Source of the DNA: Podarcis filfolensis
Lineage: Eukaryota
DNA: 64,000 bases
NCBI GenBank assembly: GCA_964270895.1
Contig: OZ185442.1
Reading direction: 5' to 3' (one strand)
Both the position numbers and the translations under genes were made by a program. Shown in pieces: positions 49,723 to 61,854 of the stretch (position 1 is the first letter of the stretch; each line of letters opens with the position of its first letter). Under the pieces are notes generated by a model, which worked only from the letters and a program-made list of their open reading frames with translations, was not told the origin of the DNA and searched no databases.

Positions 49723-49805
49723 GCAATCCTTAACAATGTCTACTCAGAAGCAAGTCTCCTTGAATTCTGTGGGTCTTACTCCCAGGTAAGTGGCGTTAGG
49801 ATTGC
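49723..49805. mobile_element. Short palindromic MITE between the COX4I1 and EMC8 promoters; relatives at about 4320-4400, 6495-6565, 7918-7985, 48570-48700
   Basis: GCAATCCT...AGGATTGC termini with internal 'actcagaagtaag / cttactcccaggtaagt'. Confidence 0.7.
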
Positions 49806-50139
49806 AACTCAAGTCTATTGCAGCAAAAGAAAAGAGAGAGTGCAAAAAGTGTTGTAGCATCTTAAGATTAGTAGAAATTGTGCCATAAACTTTCGTGGAC
49901 TAGAGCCCACCGTATCAGATGCACGCTTATGCCATAATATAATTTGTTTGTCTTTTTTTGGGTGGCATCTAAAAAGCTAAGACTTTTCCTCCTCTGTTTC
50001 CTCCTCGAAATCTCTTGCCTGTTTTATCCCACTTAAGACGGGGGAAAAACGGGAGAGGGCCGTCAAAAATAACCGAGCAACCCTGTTTGTAGACAATGGA
50101 CCCGTAACTCTATGCGTTCCAAAAAAAAGGAACTTTAGG

Positions 50140-50770
50140 TTGGCTTTTTCGCCGCGGGGTATGACGGGAGGTAAAGAAGGCGGAACTAAGAGAAGACCAT
50201 AGATATGAGTCTAGAAGGGCCCTCGCCACCCTTCCTCTGTACTTCAGCAATGGGACTTGGAGAGGCTCCTTTCGCGACACTTTTGCGCCCCTCCTCCTCT
50301 TCCCCGTTCCCAGCTTTACGGCCGGTGCTTGGCGGCGGGCCCGTGGAGCCGGAAGCGAGCAGCGGCGGTGGTCGTGAGGGAGGCCGGAGCTGCCCCTGCC
50401 GAGCGGGGCCACATGAGGAGAAGGAAACAGCAGCGGCGACGGCTGTGCTGACTGAGGCGGGGCCCCGGCCAAGATGAAGCTGAGCACGCAGGCCTACTGC
50501 AAGATGGTGCTCCACGGCGCCAAGTACCCGCACTGCGCCGTCAACGGGCTCCTGGTGGCCGAGAAGCAGCCGCAGCACCACCAGCAGCAGCGAGGCCGGG
50601 AGAGGGAGCCGACGGGGCCTCACCTGCCGGCGCACGCGCTCTTCGTGGACTGCATCCCGCTCTTCCATGGCAGCCTCGCCCTGGCGCCCATGCTGGAGGT
50701 GGCGCTCACACTGGTGGGTGGGCCGGGGGGGGCTGCCAAGCGGGTGGGGGGCAGAAAGCCGGCGTCGACA
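50140..50770 (+). promoter_or_regulatory. EMC8: EMC8 CpG island / promoter
   Basis: High GC and CpG density over exon 1; ETS/GABPA-type CCGGAAG 50349-50355. Confidence 0.75.
50474..50713 (+). CDS. EMC8: ER membrane protein complex subunit 8, coding exon 1
   Basis: [31 protein letters not shown]...[25 protein letters not shown]; donor CTG|GTGGGT; 240 nt. Confidence 0.97.
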
Positions 50771-53700
50771 GTAAATTGAGCTAGACAGATGAACCAGTGG
50801 GTCTCACGCGGTATAAAGGCCCCATATTGTCATCATTCAGAACCACGAGGACTAGTATCTTGCTTTGATTTTAGGGGAAGGACCCTAACCCCGTGGTCGA
50901 GCACCTGCTCTCCATGGAGAAAGTTCTTGGTTCAGTTTCCCAGGTAGGGGCTGGGAAAGACTCCTCCCCGCCTAAAACCTTAGAGAGCCACTGCCAGTCA
51001 GTAAGCGCTGAGCTAAATGGGGCAGTGGCCTTACTCAATGTAAGGCCACTTCCCATATTCTCCTTTAAACCCTTTATTCACAACCATGAGGACTAGCGTC
51101 TTATATTACTTTTAGGGGAAGCGTCTTAACTCCATGGTAGCGCATCTGCTTTACATGCAGGAGGTTTCTGGTCCAGTCCCCAGCAGCATCTCGAGGTAGG
51201 GGCTGGGAAAGCATACACTCCTGCCAGCCTGAAACCCTGGGGAACCTGCTGCCAATCAGTGTAGACAGTACTAAGACTCAATATAAAGCAGCTTCTTGTG
51301 TTTCTTTCCTCCTCAATGGGAAACTAGTCCTTAACTTGTTTGCTGCTTTTTGGGAAGGCTTCCCTGTGAATAGAGCTTCTGTGCCTTATAGTGAACGTCA
51401 AATCCTCACTTCATCTAGCTCAGTATTATCTTTCAGGCAGGGGACATTCCTAGCCTTATCTGGAGACTCCAGGGATTGAGCCTGGGACTTTCTGTATGTA
51501 AATCATGGGGTCTTCCACAGCCCTTCCCCTAAAAGTAAGGTTCTAGTTCTCATGGGTCTGAATGAAGGATTAACATAGGAAGTTGTCAGTTGGTTTCCCT
51601 ACCTCAGTTGGTTTCTCTACCTCAGTACTGTTGACATTGTCTGGCTGGGAACACCAGGAATTAAGCCTGGGGCCTTGCTTCTACATGTGATGCAGTTGAT
51701 TTACGGCCTTTCTTAACTGCTGAGGTAATATACTTCTAAATATAAGATTGTGGGGAGGGAGCAAACAGCAAAGCAGGGGGTCTGTTGCCTTAATTCATGG
51801 CAGATATGTCCGTTGAAGGCTGTTGACTATAAGAACTAAATGGGGCCTCCCTGTCTGTAGGCAATATAGCTCAATATGCCACATAACGGGACAGATGAGG
51901 AAGGCAACTGCTACCTCTGTGCTTCTCAAAAAACTTATGGCTGGCCAATGTTGGAAACAGGATGCTGGCCTATATATAACCTCCCCATGAAGAGGCAGGA
52001 TCCCTTGGAAAGACAGTTGCTGGGGGGCTTCTTTTGGGCTTTCCTTAAACATCCACCCACTATGAGAAATTGAGGGTGCGGTACTAGATGAACCGTTATA
52101 ATAACATCCCCTAACTGTCCTCCAGATTTTTTTATAACTCCCTCGAACTCTAGTTGGTCAGAATTTGGGGGTTGTGGGAGCTGTATTTCTAAACATCTGG
52201 AGGACACCAGGCTGGGGGAGGCTGCCTTCTACACAAATTCACAGATGATCAGGCAGCATACCTTTGGATATCACATGCATGCGGAGGACAAACAACAGAG
52301 GGGGGCTGATATGTGGCCTTCCCAGGGGCATCTGGCCACATCTCTTCACCATGTTATCTGTTAATAACCCTTCCCATTATCTAGCACAGAGGATATTATG
52401 CTTCCAAAGTGAGCACCTCTATACTTTTTTCATTGGTTTGTAGAAGTTGAACTTTCGCCAGTTACAGGACAGCAGGGGGGTTGAAAAGCTGCACCTGCCC
52501 AACGGTCCTTGGCAACACAACTGCTAAATGTACAAAGGTCCTTGTGTTAAATATTTCACAGCATCACACCACAATACCTTGAAAGACCTATTGTCTCAAC
52601 ATGTGTCTGCCTATACCAAGATCTTCAAAGGAGGCTTTTCTTTTTGAGCTCCCACCATCTAAGGGCAGTGGGTGGCTATAGGAGAAAGGACCTACACAGT
52701 GATGGGAACCCAACTTTGGAATGCTAACATATCATCCACCTTGATGACATTTTGGCACCAAATATCTTTTCATTTCTCCCAGCTTTTTCATCTTTAGTCT
52801 TTATCAACTTGGTGGCCTCCAGATATTTTTTACTGTAGCTTACATCAACCCCTGGCAGCATGGCTGTGCTGACTGTGGCTCATGAAAATTGTAGTCAAAA
52901 CATCTGAAGGGTGCTATGTCCGGGAAGGGCGCTCTTCATATTGTTTTTGCAGTGCTTGCTGTTCATTTTAGTTTTGCTGGCTGATTATTATTTTTTTACT
53001 GCTTTTTAACATAATGTTTTAATGTTCCTGCTCTAATTTTTTGTTGTGGTTTAAAAAAACTTTTTTGTAATTCACCCTGGGAATCTGTTGATGGGTGCAC
53101 TATAAATCAAGCATTGAAAATAATAAACATTTTGGCCGCCTGGACAGTGCATAGCCTGTGATATCTCTTCAGATAATAACCAGCGTGTTCACAGCCCCTC
53201 TGATATCAGAGTACTTAAACCAAAAGCATCTAGAGGAGGCTGGGCAGCAATGGAATAAGTTGTGTTGCTGAGTACAAAGGTGAATGAAGAGCACCATGGA
53301 CATAGAATTTTAAGGGCAGTGAGTCACTTTGGTATACAGAGCATTGTGGCAGCTCTTTGGAAATCTTTGCAAAATCAGCTTGTAGCTTTAATGGGAAATT
53401 GAAATAATTGCAGAATTCATGAAATGCTGCAATTCCTCACACAATCTAATTATGAAGAAATTGTATTTGTGCATTTTAAGCTGAGTTGGGATTTGTCAAA
53501 CTTTAATCAATTAGCAAATCAATGTGGCATGCAAATATTGTTTGTGGCAGCTTTGACAAACGTAATCAAGGATAGTGCGAGATGTCTTAGAAAGCCAAGG
53601 TGCTTATCCATATTTGCGTAACTTTTTATTGTGCTGCCTTGTGGTTTTGTAAGTGGCATTCAGATTTAACAGCCTATTTGCTGATTGATAGTAGAAACGC

Positions 53701-55059
53701 CAGAAGATGAAATGTGTATATCAACTTGGGTCCAGCAGTCCTGGTTATATGTCCAGCCAAAAGCCACAAAGTGCAGTGCTGAGACCATCATTAGAAAGAT
53801 TGAAGTCTAAAGGATAAGAGCAACCAAACAGGTGCATGAAGGAGATACAGTATTGAGAGAAAGTGTAGAAAGCAGAAGTTCCCAGTGAAATATTTATTTT
53901 GTCCAAGGAAGAGTCTTTGCTCACATCCTGTCCTTTTAAGGTTATTGTCAAAGTACAAGAATACTTAAGGAGTTGCAGAGTAGTAATAGAGAACTGAAAA
54001 AATCACACAAGGCCTTATTTTAAGGGAAGGTGATCCACATACCAGTCCTCCCACCACCCCATGCATAATGATAGGCTTACACAGTTAAAGCCACAATGAA
54101 CCAATCAGCAAAGGATGAATTAACCACATGAGCCAAGCAGATATGCCACGGGAATAGGCTAAAATGGATTCCTCTGTCCAACCAAGGGTCACTAGGCCAA
54201 GCTTGTTGATAGTTGGCCATTTGTTGGGAGTAAAAATTGCCTCTGGCTGCCATGCACAGAACCCAGTGAAAGCTGTCTGTGCATTTGTGTTAAGGCCACA
54301 AATGACTAAATGCACTTGTGGCAAATGAGACAGTTAACTCTTGGGAATTGCAAGGAGCAATTTGAGAACTACTTCCCAACGGTGCCTGGCCATCTGCAAA
54401 GCACATCTACTGAGCTGTCATGAGGAAACTTTATCGCCTGGTAGGGCAATGCTTGTTTTAAGGCAGGTACATGTGCTTGGTGATGTGTACATATTGCCAT
54501 TATAAAATGTCTTTCCGTACACTTAAGTAAATTTCATTACATTCAAATATGAAAAAATAGCTGTAGGACAAAACTGAACTTTGAGGTTCAGTTTGGGAAA
54601 CAGCCGTCCTTGCAAGATTATGAAATAAATTACAGTTGGCACATGGACAGATAAAGAAAGATGACTTTACCCTGGTATGGTTTAATTTATGCCAGTATTC
54701 CTGAAAATGACCCCACCTCCCATCAGCATTTGGCTCCATCTGGTTGACCAAAATTAAAATGTAAACATAAATTTTTATTTTCACTTTGAACTGTGCTCCC
54801 ACACTCATTAATATACAACACTTTATATTGTTTCATTGGTAACATAAGAGGAAAAATGACTATTATTCTTACTTAATCTAAGCACAACCAAAAGGGCTCC
54901 TGAATAGGCGTTTAGCTATGCGATGTTGAATGTTATCTGCTAAGTCTGTTCTATCCTATTTCCCCTTTGTTTTTGTTTAAATCAATTCACAAACCCAGGA
55001 ACTTGAAAAATTGACCGCTAATAATGAAGCATATGTTGTAGATATTCCTGCAAATTTAT

Positions 55060-55177
55060 TATGCTATTTTTGTGATGTACAAATGACATGAGAAGACTTG
55101 GTCCATTTATTTGTATAATTTGTTATTCATATGATCCTTGTTTATAAAACCCAATAAAGTGTTACTTTAAAAAAAAA
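55060..55177 (+). mobile_element. Possible retroposed (L1-like) 3' tail in EMC8 intron 1
   Basis: T-rich stretch, AATAAA at 55153-55158 and a genomic A9 run ten bases later. Confidence 0.3.
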
Positions 55178-57413
55178 CCTGTTGCTAACAAGCCAGAGCA
55201 GAGCTGTCTCTCTCTGTTGCTCCCCTAAAATTGAATAGAAACTGAGCTTCCTATAGAATAGCAAAAGGGAAATTTCAGATCAGCTTCTTAATGTTTGCTG
55301 TGAGCAAGAATGTTTTATCCGGGTGTTTAGTTTTAGTTAAAAGATCTCAACTTGCTGGCAATTAAAATGGCATCTATAAACCCTTGAAATGGGGGTTATG
55401 ATTACTTCAGCAGTTGGCTCTTTAAGTATAACAATGCTAGCAAATGACAATTTAATGAAACACATAAATCCATGTCATTCTTTTAGAAGAGATTATTTGT
55501 GTAGCTTCGTTCTGCTTTTAGACAGTTTAATTCAGGGCTGTAATTATTCTGCTAACCATGAGATTGATGTGTTTTGCAGGAAGCTGGAATTCAGCATCCA
55601 AAATGTTCTGCAATCCACTTAATTCCCCCTCCCCCCATTTTTTTAAGATAGTAGTTGACAGCAAAAAGCACAATTGCTAGCTCGTTTTTCCACCTCCCAA
55701 AATCACTGGATTATCTTAATCAGTTACATTTATTGTGAGTAGCAAATATGGGGATATATTCAAAAGCCACTGAAACTGGGCCAAAATCTGATATGGATAA
55801 ATGCAGCACTTTAAATCCTGCCTCGTAACACCCAAGATGAATTTGCCCCTTTAATTCTCACTGGGTATTTTAAAAAAGCTTTGTGGCAGATCAGATGATA
55901 CATTAGGATAAAATGATATTATGCAAATATCTTCACTAATTAAAGTGACTGTTGCAGCAGGGGTGGAGGTGTAGACACAATAGAATCTGCACCTTATCAC
56001 CAGTCGAGGATCATGTTGCTCTTCCTGCTAAAGCCCACAGCCCTGGTTGCTGGGCAGTTTAAATGTGGGTCTTTCAGAGTGGGGCTGGTGACCAGTTTTC
56101 TCGCCCCTTCTCCCATGAGAGTACTAGCAAGTCCAGAGTCCACCAGCCCTTCATTCTTCACAGCCGGTAGGGGACAAAAGAATGAGGAGCTCCCTCCACT
56201 CTGACTTGTGCCGTCTGTCCTCTTCCCACCCCACCTCCATGAAGTTTCTACACACATCCTAAGACCCCTCTCCACTCATTTTGCCACTTCACTTCCATGC
56301 TTAATGAAGTGACCAGAGGAAGGGCAAGATGGTCTCTCCCCTTCCTTATGCATACCTCTGCTGTCATATTTTACTTCTCCACAAAAGTCCTTCTCTGGCT
56401 TGTCTTTTCCATGTGTCTGTCAACCAGGTTGGGCTTCAGAAATCCCAATTTATCTGTAAAGGAAAGGAATTGCTATGGCAGGCATATAGCACTTACAGTT
56501 AGTAAAAGCATTTCATGGTATTTGCTTTGACCACTTTCAGCAGCCCCTAGTAGATCACTGTCTCCATGGCAGGCTGAGACTGTGCGAATGTCTTACAGAA
56601 AAACACACAATTAAATCCAGGACCGAAGTGATAACTTTGAACCCAGATCTCCAGCATCCACTGCACTGATAGTTTGATAAAACCCTTTATATCTTTCTAA
56701 GTTCTACTCAATAGATCCTTTGAAATTAGTGGGCATGACTAAATTAGGATATTTAATTTCAGTGTTTCTCCTCTGAGTAGATCGAGATATCCAGGAGTCC
56801 CAAATTTGTCCCACCTCCCCTGCAGATTGTCCGTAGCCACCCAGTTCACATTTTGTAGAATGGAAATAAAATGTTCCCTGTATTACAGGGGCCTGACTCA
56901 TGTTAACTAGAAGTCAGGCATTTAGCGTTTCTGATTCTGTGCTGTGGAACACTCCAGCAAAGATTCCTCAGGCATCGTCACTTTTGAGTTTTAAGTTGTT
57001 TATTTTATTTTATTAGCCAGTCACCTTAACCCCTTCATTTAAAAAAAAAAGTTTCATGTTTTAATGCCACCATTGTATTCTATGATTTGGCATTATAGAA
57101 ATTCTATCAATATAAATAACATAAATATACATAATAGTGGCCAGTTTCACCGGAGTAGAAGAGCAAGTTATATGTTGTATAGAACATAAATTTAAAGTCT
57201 TTTATGAAATGATTAACAGCAATAATGTTTCATTTGAGAAATAGATTTTTTACCTAGTACCCTGGCAGCCCAAAAGTTTTCATTTTGTTCTTGCAACAGC
57301 TCTCAAAAGAGAGGCATGTTTTCCCATGCTAATAGGTATAAAGTGGCTATTTCAATCCACTAATTCACTAGCTATCACCCCCTGCGTCTGTGTGACGTTA
57401 GCCAGTGCTTTGA

Positions 57414-57581
<168 letters not shown>

Positions 57582-58060
57582 TGAACCACATAAAGGGAGA
57601 GGGGCTTGGAGACAGAAAGAAAGAAAGAACCGAATCAGAGGCTAACCCTAACGAAACACCTAGTAGCAAATTCTTCCTGTAGCGCTGTGCTTGTGGCCTT
57701 GCAAAACAATAATTCCCAGGGCTCCTTAAGGGGAAGCTATTACCATTGGTTTAGTTAAATGTGTAGGTCAGCTATCCCTGACCTGATACTATGGGAATTG
57801 TAGTCCAGATTATCCAGAAGGCACCAGATTGTTTGCAGAAGCCTTATTTTAATTTCTTAGGCTTTGTTTAATGCCTGATGCAATGAGGCCCATATCCCAT
57901 GTCTCTGTTACAAGAACAGGAGGTTGGCCAGCGTGAGTGAACAGAATAGAGGACTGGCAGTGCCCAGCCACCATCAGTTTATTTCAAATCTGGTTTAGCT
58001 TTAGACCAGGGTTAAGGAAACTGTTGCCCTCCAGATGTCATTGGACTCCTAGTCCAATAA

Positions 58061-58462
<402 letters not shown>

Positions 58463-60114
58463 TGAAATGTAAGTGCTTCAGTTATTTGCAAGTCTTGTAA
58501 TACAACCCTCCCTCGCTGCCATGAAGTCACACCATCACCCTAAAGCAGTGCTTCAGAACTGTTTTCCAGAAAATCCTTCAGTTGCTCAAGTTTCTTCCTT
58601 TTATTTAAAGTAAAACAAGAAGACAAGTAATGTTGGACAAAGCCCTATACAGTTTCTGACCTGGGTACCCTGATCACTGCCTTCTCTATAAAAGATTGGG
58701 AACCACTACATAGGGGATATGGTCTTTCTCTCTGGCCTTTGGGACTCTTCCAAGACATGTCCCTCACCAGCCCTGCTCTGCACCCTCCACAAGTGTTTTT
58801 GCCTAGCTGGAAAATGTCCTTGAGCTTTGCTTGCCTGGATGGAGACTAGAGAGAGGTGTCTTGAGAGTAAAGTAAGTAGCCTATTCTGCACAGGTAAAAT
58901 TCATATTAATTTCCCCACTTTGGCCTCTGGCCCCACCTACTAGTGGCAGGTGGCCCTCAGAAGATTGCTTGGAAGAGAATGTGGCCCCTGGACTGAAAAA
59001 GGTTCCCCACCCCTGCTCTACAACTATGTGTCTTTGTATTGAGATCACTGTCAGCGATGCTTTTTGAGGCCCTGGCTATTTGAGAACTAGCAACCAGCTA
59101 TTGTTTTAGTGTGGGTTGTTTTAATACTGTTTTATTGGCTGCCATCCTGATCATATTAATTGAATAATAAACTGAATTAATGATAATGATACTTATTTCC
59201 TTGAAAGTTTGTTTCCCCATCACTACGGGATTTATACCTGCAGTGTACAGCTGCAGGGAAACTGTTGGATGTGTTCTAGATTGCACTCTGTCACCATGGA
59301 GCCAATGGTTAACAGGCCTAAATTATGCCTTGCATTAAACAAGTGTGTGCCCTTAAAACATGCCCAAGTATCCTTTGCAACCTGCTAGGTGTCTTTGGCT
59401 GACCATCATGGATTCCTCAGCAGACAAAACAAGCTGGAAAGAGTTCCCTGAAGGTGGAAAGTTTGAAAACCACTACTTTAACAGGAGTTCATTTCTAGTT
59501 CATTCTCCACATTTCCAACTTAATTGCAAGGGTCCATTTCCAGTGCATAAATTGTAAGGTTGTTCCAGTGTGTGTGTCTAGGTGAGAATGCTTTTCTGAA
59601 TAGGAAGCTCCCTTCTACTGATTCAGAGTATTGGTTAATCTACCTCACTGTTGTCTACACCGAGTGGGGAATCTTTTTCGGCTCAAAGGCTGCATTCCCT
59701 CCTAAGTAACCTTCCAAGAGCCAGAGGAGAAAGTTGGTGGAGCAGCAGCTATGAATTTTACCTTTGTACAGTAGGCCTCTTTATCTTCCATCCAGATAAG
59801 CAAGAAGTATGATCTGCATTCAAGGTAGCATTCCAGTCAGGCAAAAACACTTAAGGAGGGTGCAGAGCAGGATTGGTGGAAGGTGTGGTTCAACAGGGTG
59901 TGTGGACTTGGGAGAGCCCTGACAACCAGGTAGAGAGGACAGGTGTTCCCCATACCTGGCCTACACTGGCTGGCAGTAGTTCTTCAGGGATTCAGGCAGG
60001 GGAACATTTCCCAGTTCTGCTTGGAGCTGCCAGGGATTGAACCTAGGACCTTTTGCATGCAAAGCAGACATTCTGCCACTGAGCTTTCTGTTCCCTCTCT
60101 CTGTTCTGCATCAG

Positions 60115-60209
60115 GTGGATAATAGTAAATTTACAATGGAGTGCATAGAACCGACTGTTCACGTGTACGAACATCACGAAAACAAATGGAGATGCAAAGA
60201 CCCGCACTT
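60115..60209 (+). CDS. EMC8: EMC8 exon 4
   Basis: [31 protein letters not shown](F); 95 nt; CATCAG/GTGAGT. Confidence 0.96.
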
Positions 60210-61577
60210 GTGAGTATTCATAGAACAGACCTTTGCTCCTAAGCAGCATTTACATTTTTATATTTAGCATATTTTACCTTGAAACGAAGCCTAAGTTTGG
60301 AATTCAGCTGCAGCTGGCTATGAGTATGAAACAGTCAATGCAAAAATATACAATGTACAATCAATACAAGGACACAGCAAATCCAAACAATGAATTAATT
60401 CAGCCTTCTTCAGCATGTGCTGGTTGTCTGGGACGGATGGGACTTCTATTCTGAAACATCTGGGGAAGTCAATTTGGGCAACTGAATGAAGTAGTTTTTT
60501 GCTATTATCCCCAAACCAACTTGATAAATAAATAACATTTTAATGACCTAGATCCAGTGTTAGCCTAATAAAATTTCAGATCTGCCTAACTGAATAATAT
60601 TTCAAACTGTAAAGCCAACAAACTCAGAATAGCAACATAGTGTATGAAACATATTGCCAAAGGAAATTGTTAGGTATGGAGGTGGGCTGGGGGAAGAGAG
60701 GAAGGAGGGTTCAGATGTGAAACAACCAGAGTAGCATCCATTGGGAACTAATCACAGTCAGCTTTTGAAAGGTTTTCTGCTCTCGCCAGAGCTTTTCTAA
60801 CATGAACAAATAATGTGCAGGGCCTGTCCATGGTATGTGAAACAGTTTAAGGGTCATGCCTCTACGCCCCTGGCACTGGCCTTGTTAGGATGCAACACTA
60901 AGCTCTTGTTCAGCCTAGCCTTCCCCAGCCTGGTGCTCTCCAGATAGTAGAACTACCAACTCCCATCAGCCAACACAGCCATGCTGGCAGTAGCCTGTTG
61001 GGAGTCATAGTCCAAAATGTCAGGGGAGCATCAGGCTGGAGAAGGTGCCACCAAGAGGAGCAGGAGGAGGCGATCAGAAGCTTTCACTGAAACAAGCCAG
61101 ATTAATAACAACGGTTTGAAGTTGCCCTCTTTTAATAAACCATTACCAAGACTGGCCACCGTTTGTCAAGGTTTGAACATAATGCTGTACTGTGCCTAGT
61201 TAAAAATAGAAGCATTAGCTTTGAATCTCCTTGTGACTGAGATGGAAGAAGAGAAGGGAGAGGGAAGTGAAGTGAAGTGAGTTAGTTCATCGATGCAACA
61301 CTTAAGTCATAGATGTAGCACTGCATCTGAAGAAGGTCTCTGTGTGAATTGTAGCTCTGTGAGGGCTGCCTAGCAGATACTTCAAGCAGGTGCGCCTCTC
61401 TTGTAACTCCCATATTTCCTCAGGGTGAGTCATTTTGACTGAAGTGTTTTTTTGTTTTTGTTTTAGTTCGTAGTGTAGCTGACCCTCTGCTTGTCATTAT
61501 GCATTGCTGATAGATTTTTCCTTTGCTTTCACTCCAATGGACTAGGAGGCTGGTTGGTTCCTCCTGAGGACCATTAA

Positions 61578-61763
<186 letters not shown>

Positions 61764-61848
61764 GGAGTCTCCCATTGACTTGATTTGTTGGCATTTCCAC
61801 TGTGCTGAAGAAGAAACAAAAGGGGGAGATGAATACTTTTTGAATGTA

Positions 61849-61854
61849 AATAAA
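61849..61854 (+). terminator. EMC8: EMC8 proximal polyadenylation signal candidate
   Basis: AATAAA 85 nt after the stop; further AATAAA at 62985-62990 and 63500-63505. Confidence 0.45.

Noticed and set aside
50110-50668. Antisense ORFs over EMC8 exon 1
   Set aside because: Typical stop-poor shadow frames of a GC-rich coding exon and CpG island.
54500-54808. Minus-strand ORF faintly like an L1 ORF2 C-terminus (also about 15890-16150 on plus)
   Set aside because: Similarity is too weak to call by eye; it needs RepeatMasker.
56100-56165. Minus-strand 'GLVDSGLASTLM' resembling a Gypsy/retroviral aspartic protease DSG motif
   Set aside because: There are no flanking gag/RT motifs or LTRs, and a short motif can be chance. 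An HMM search against retropepsin profiles would decide.
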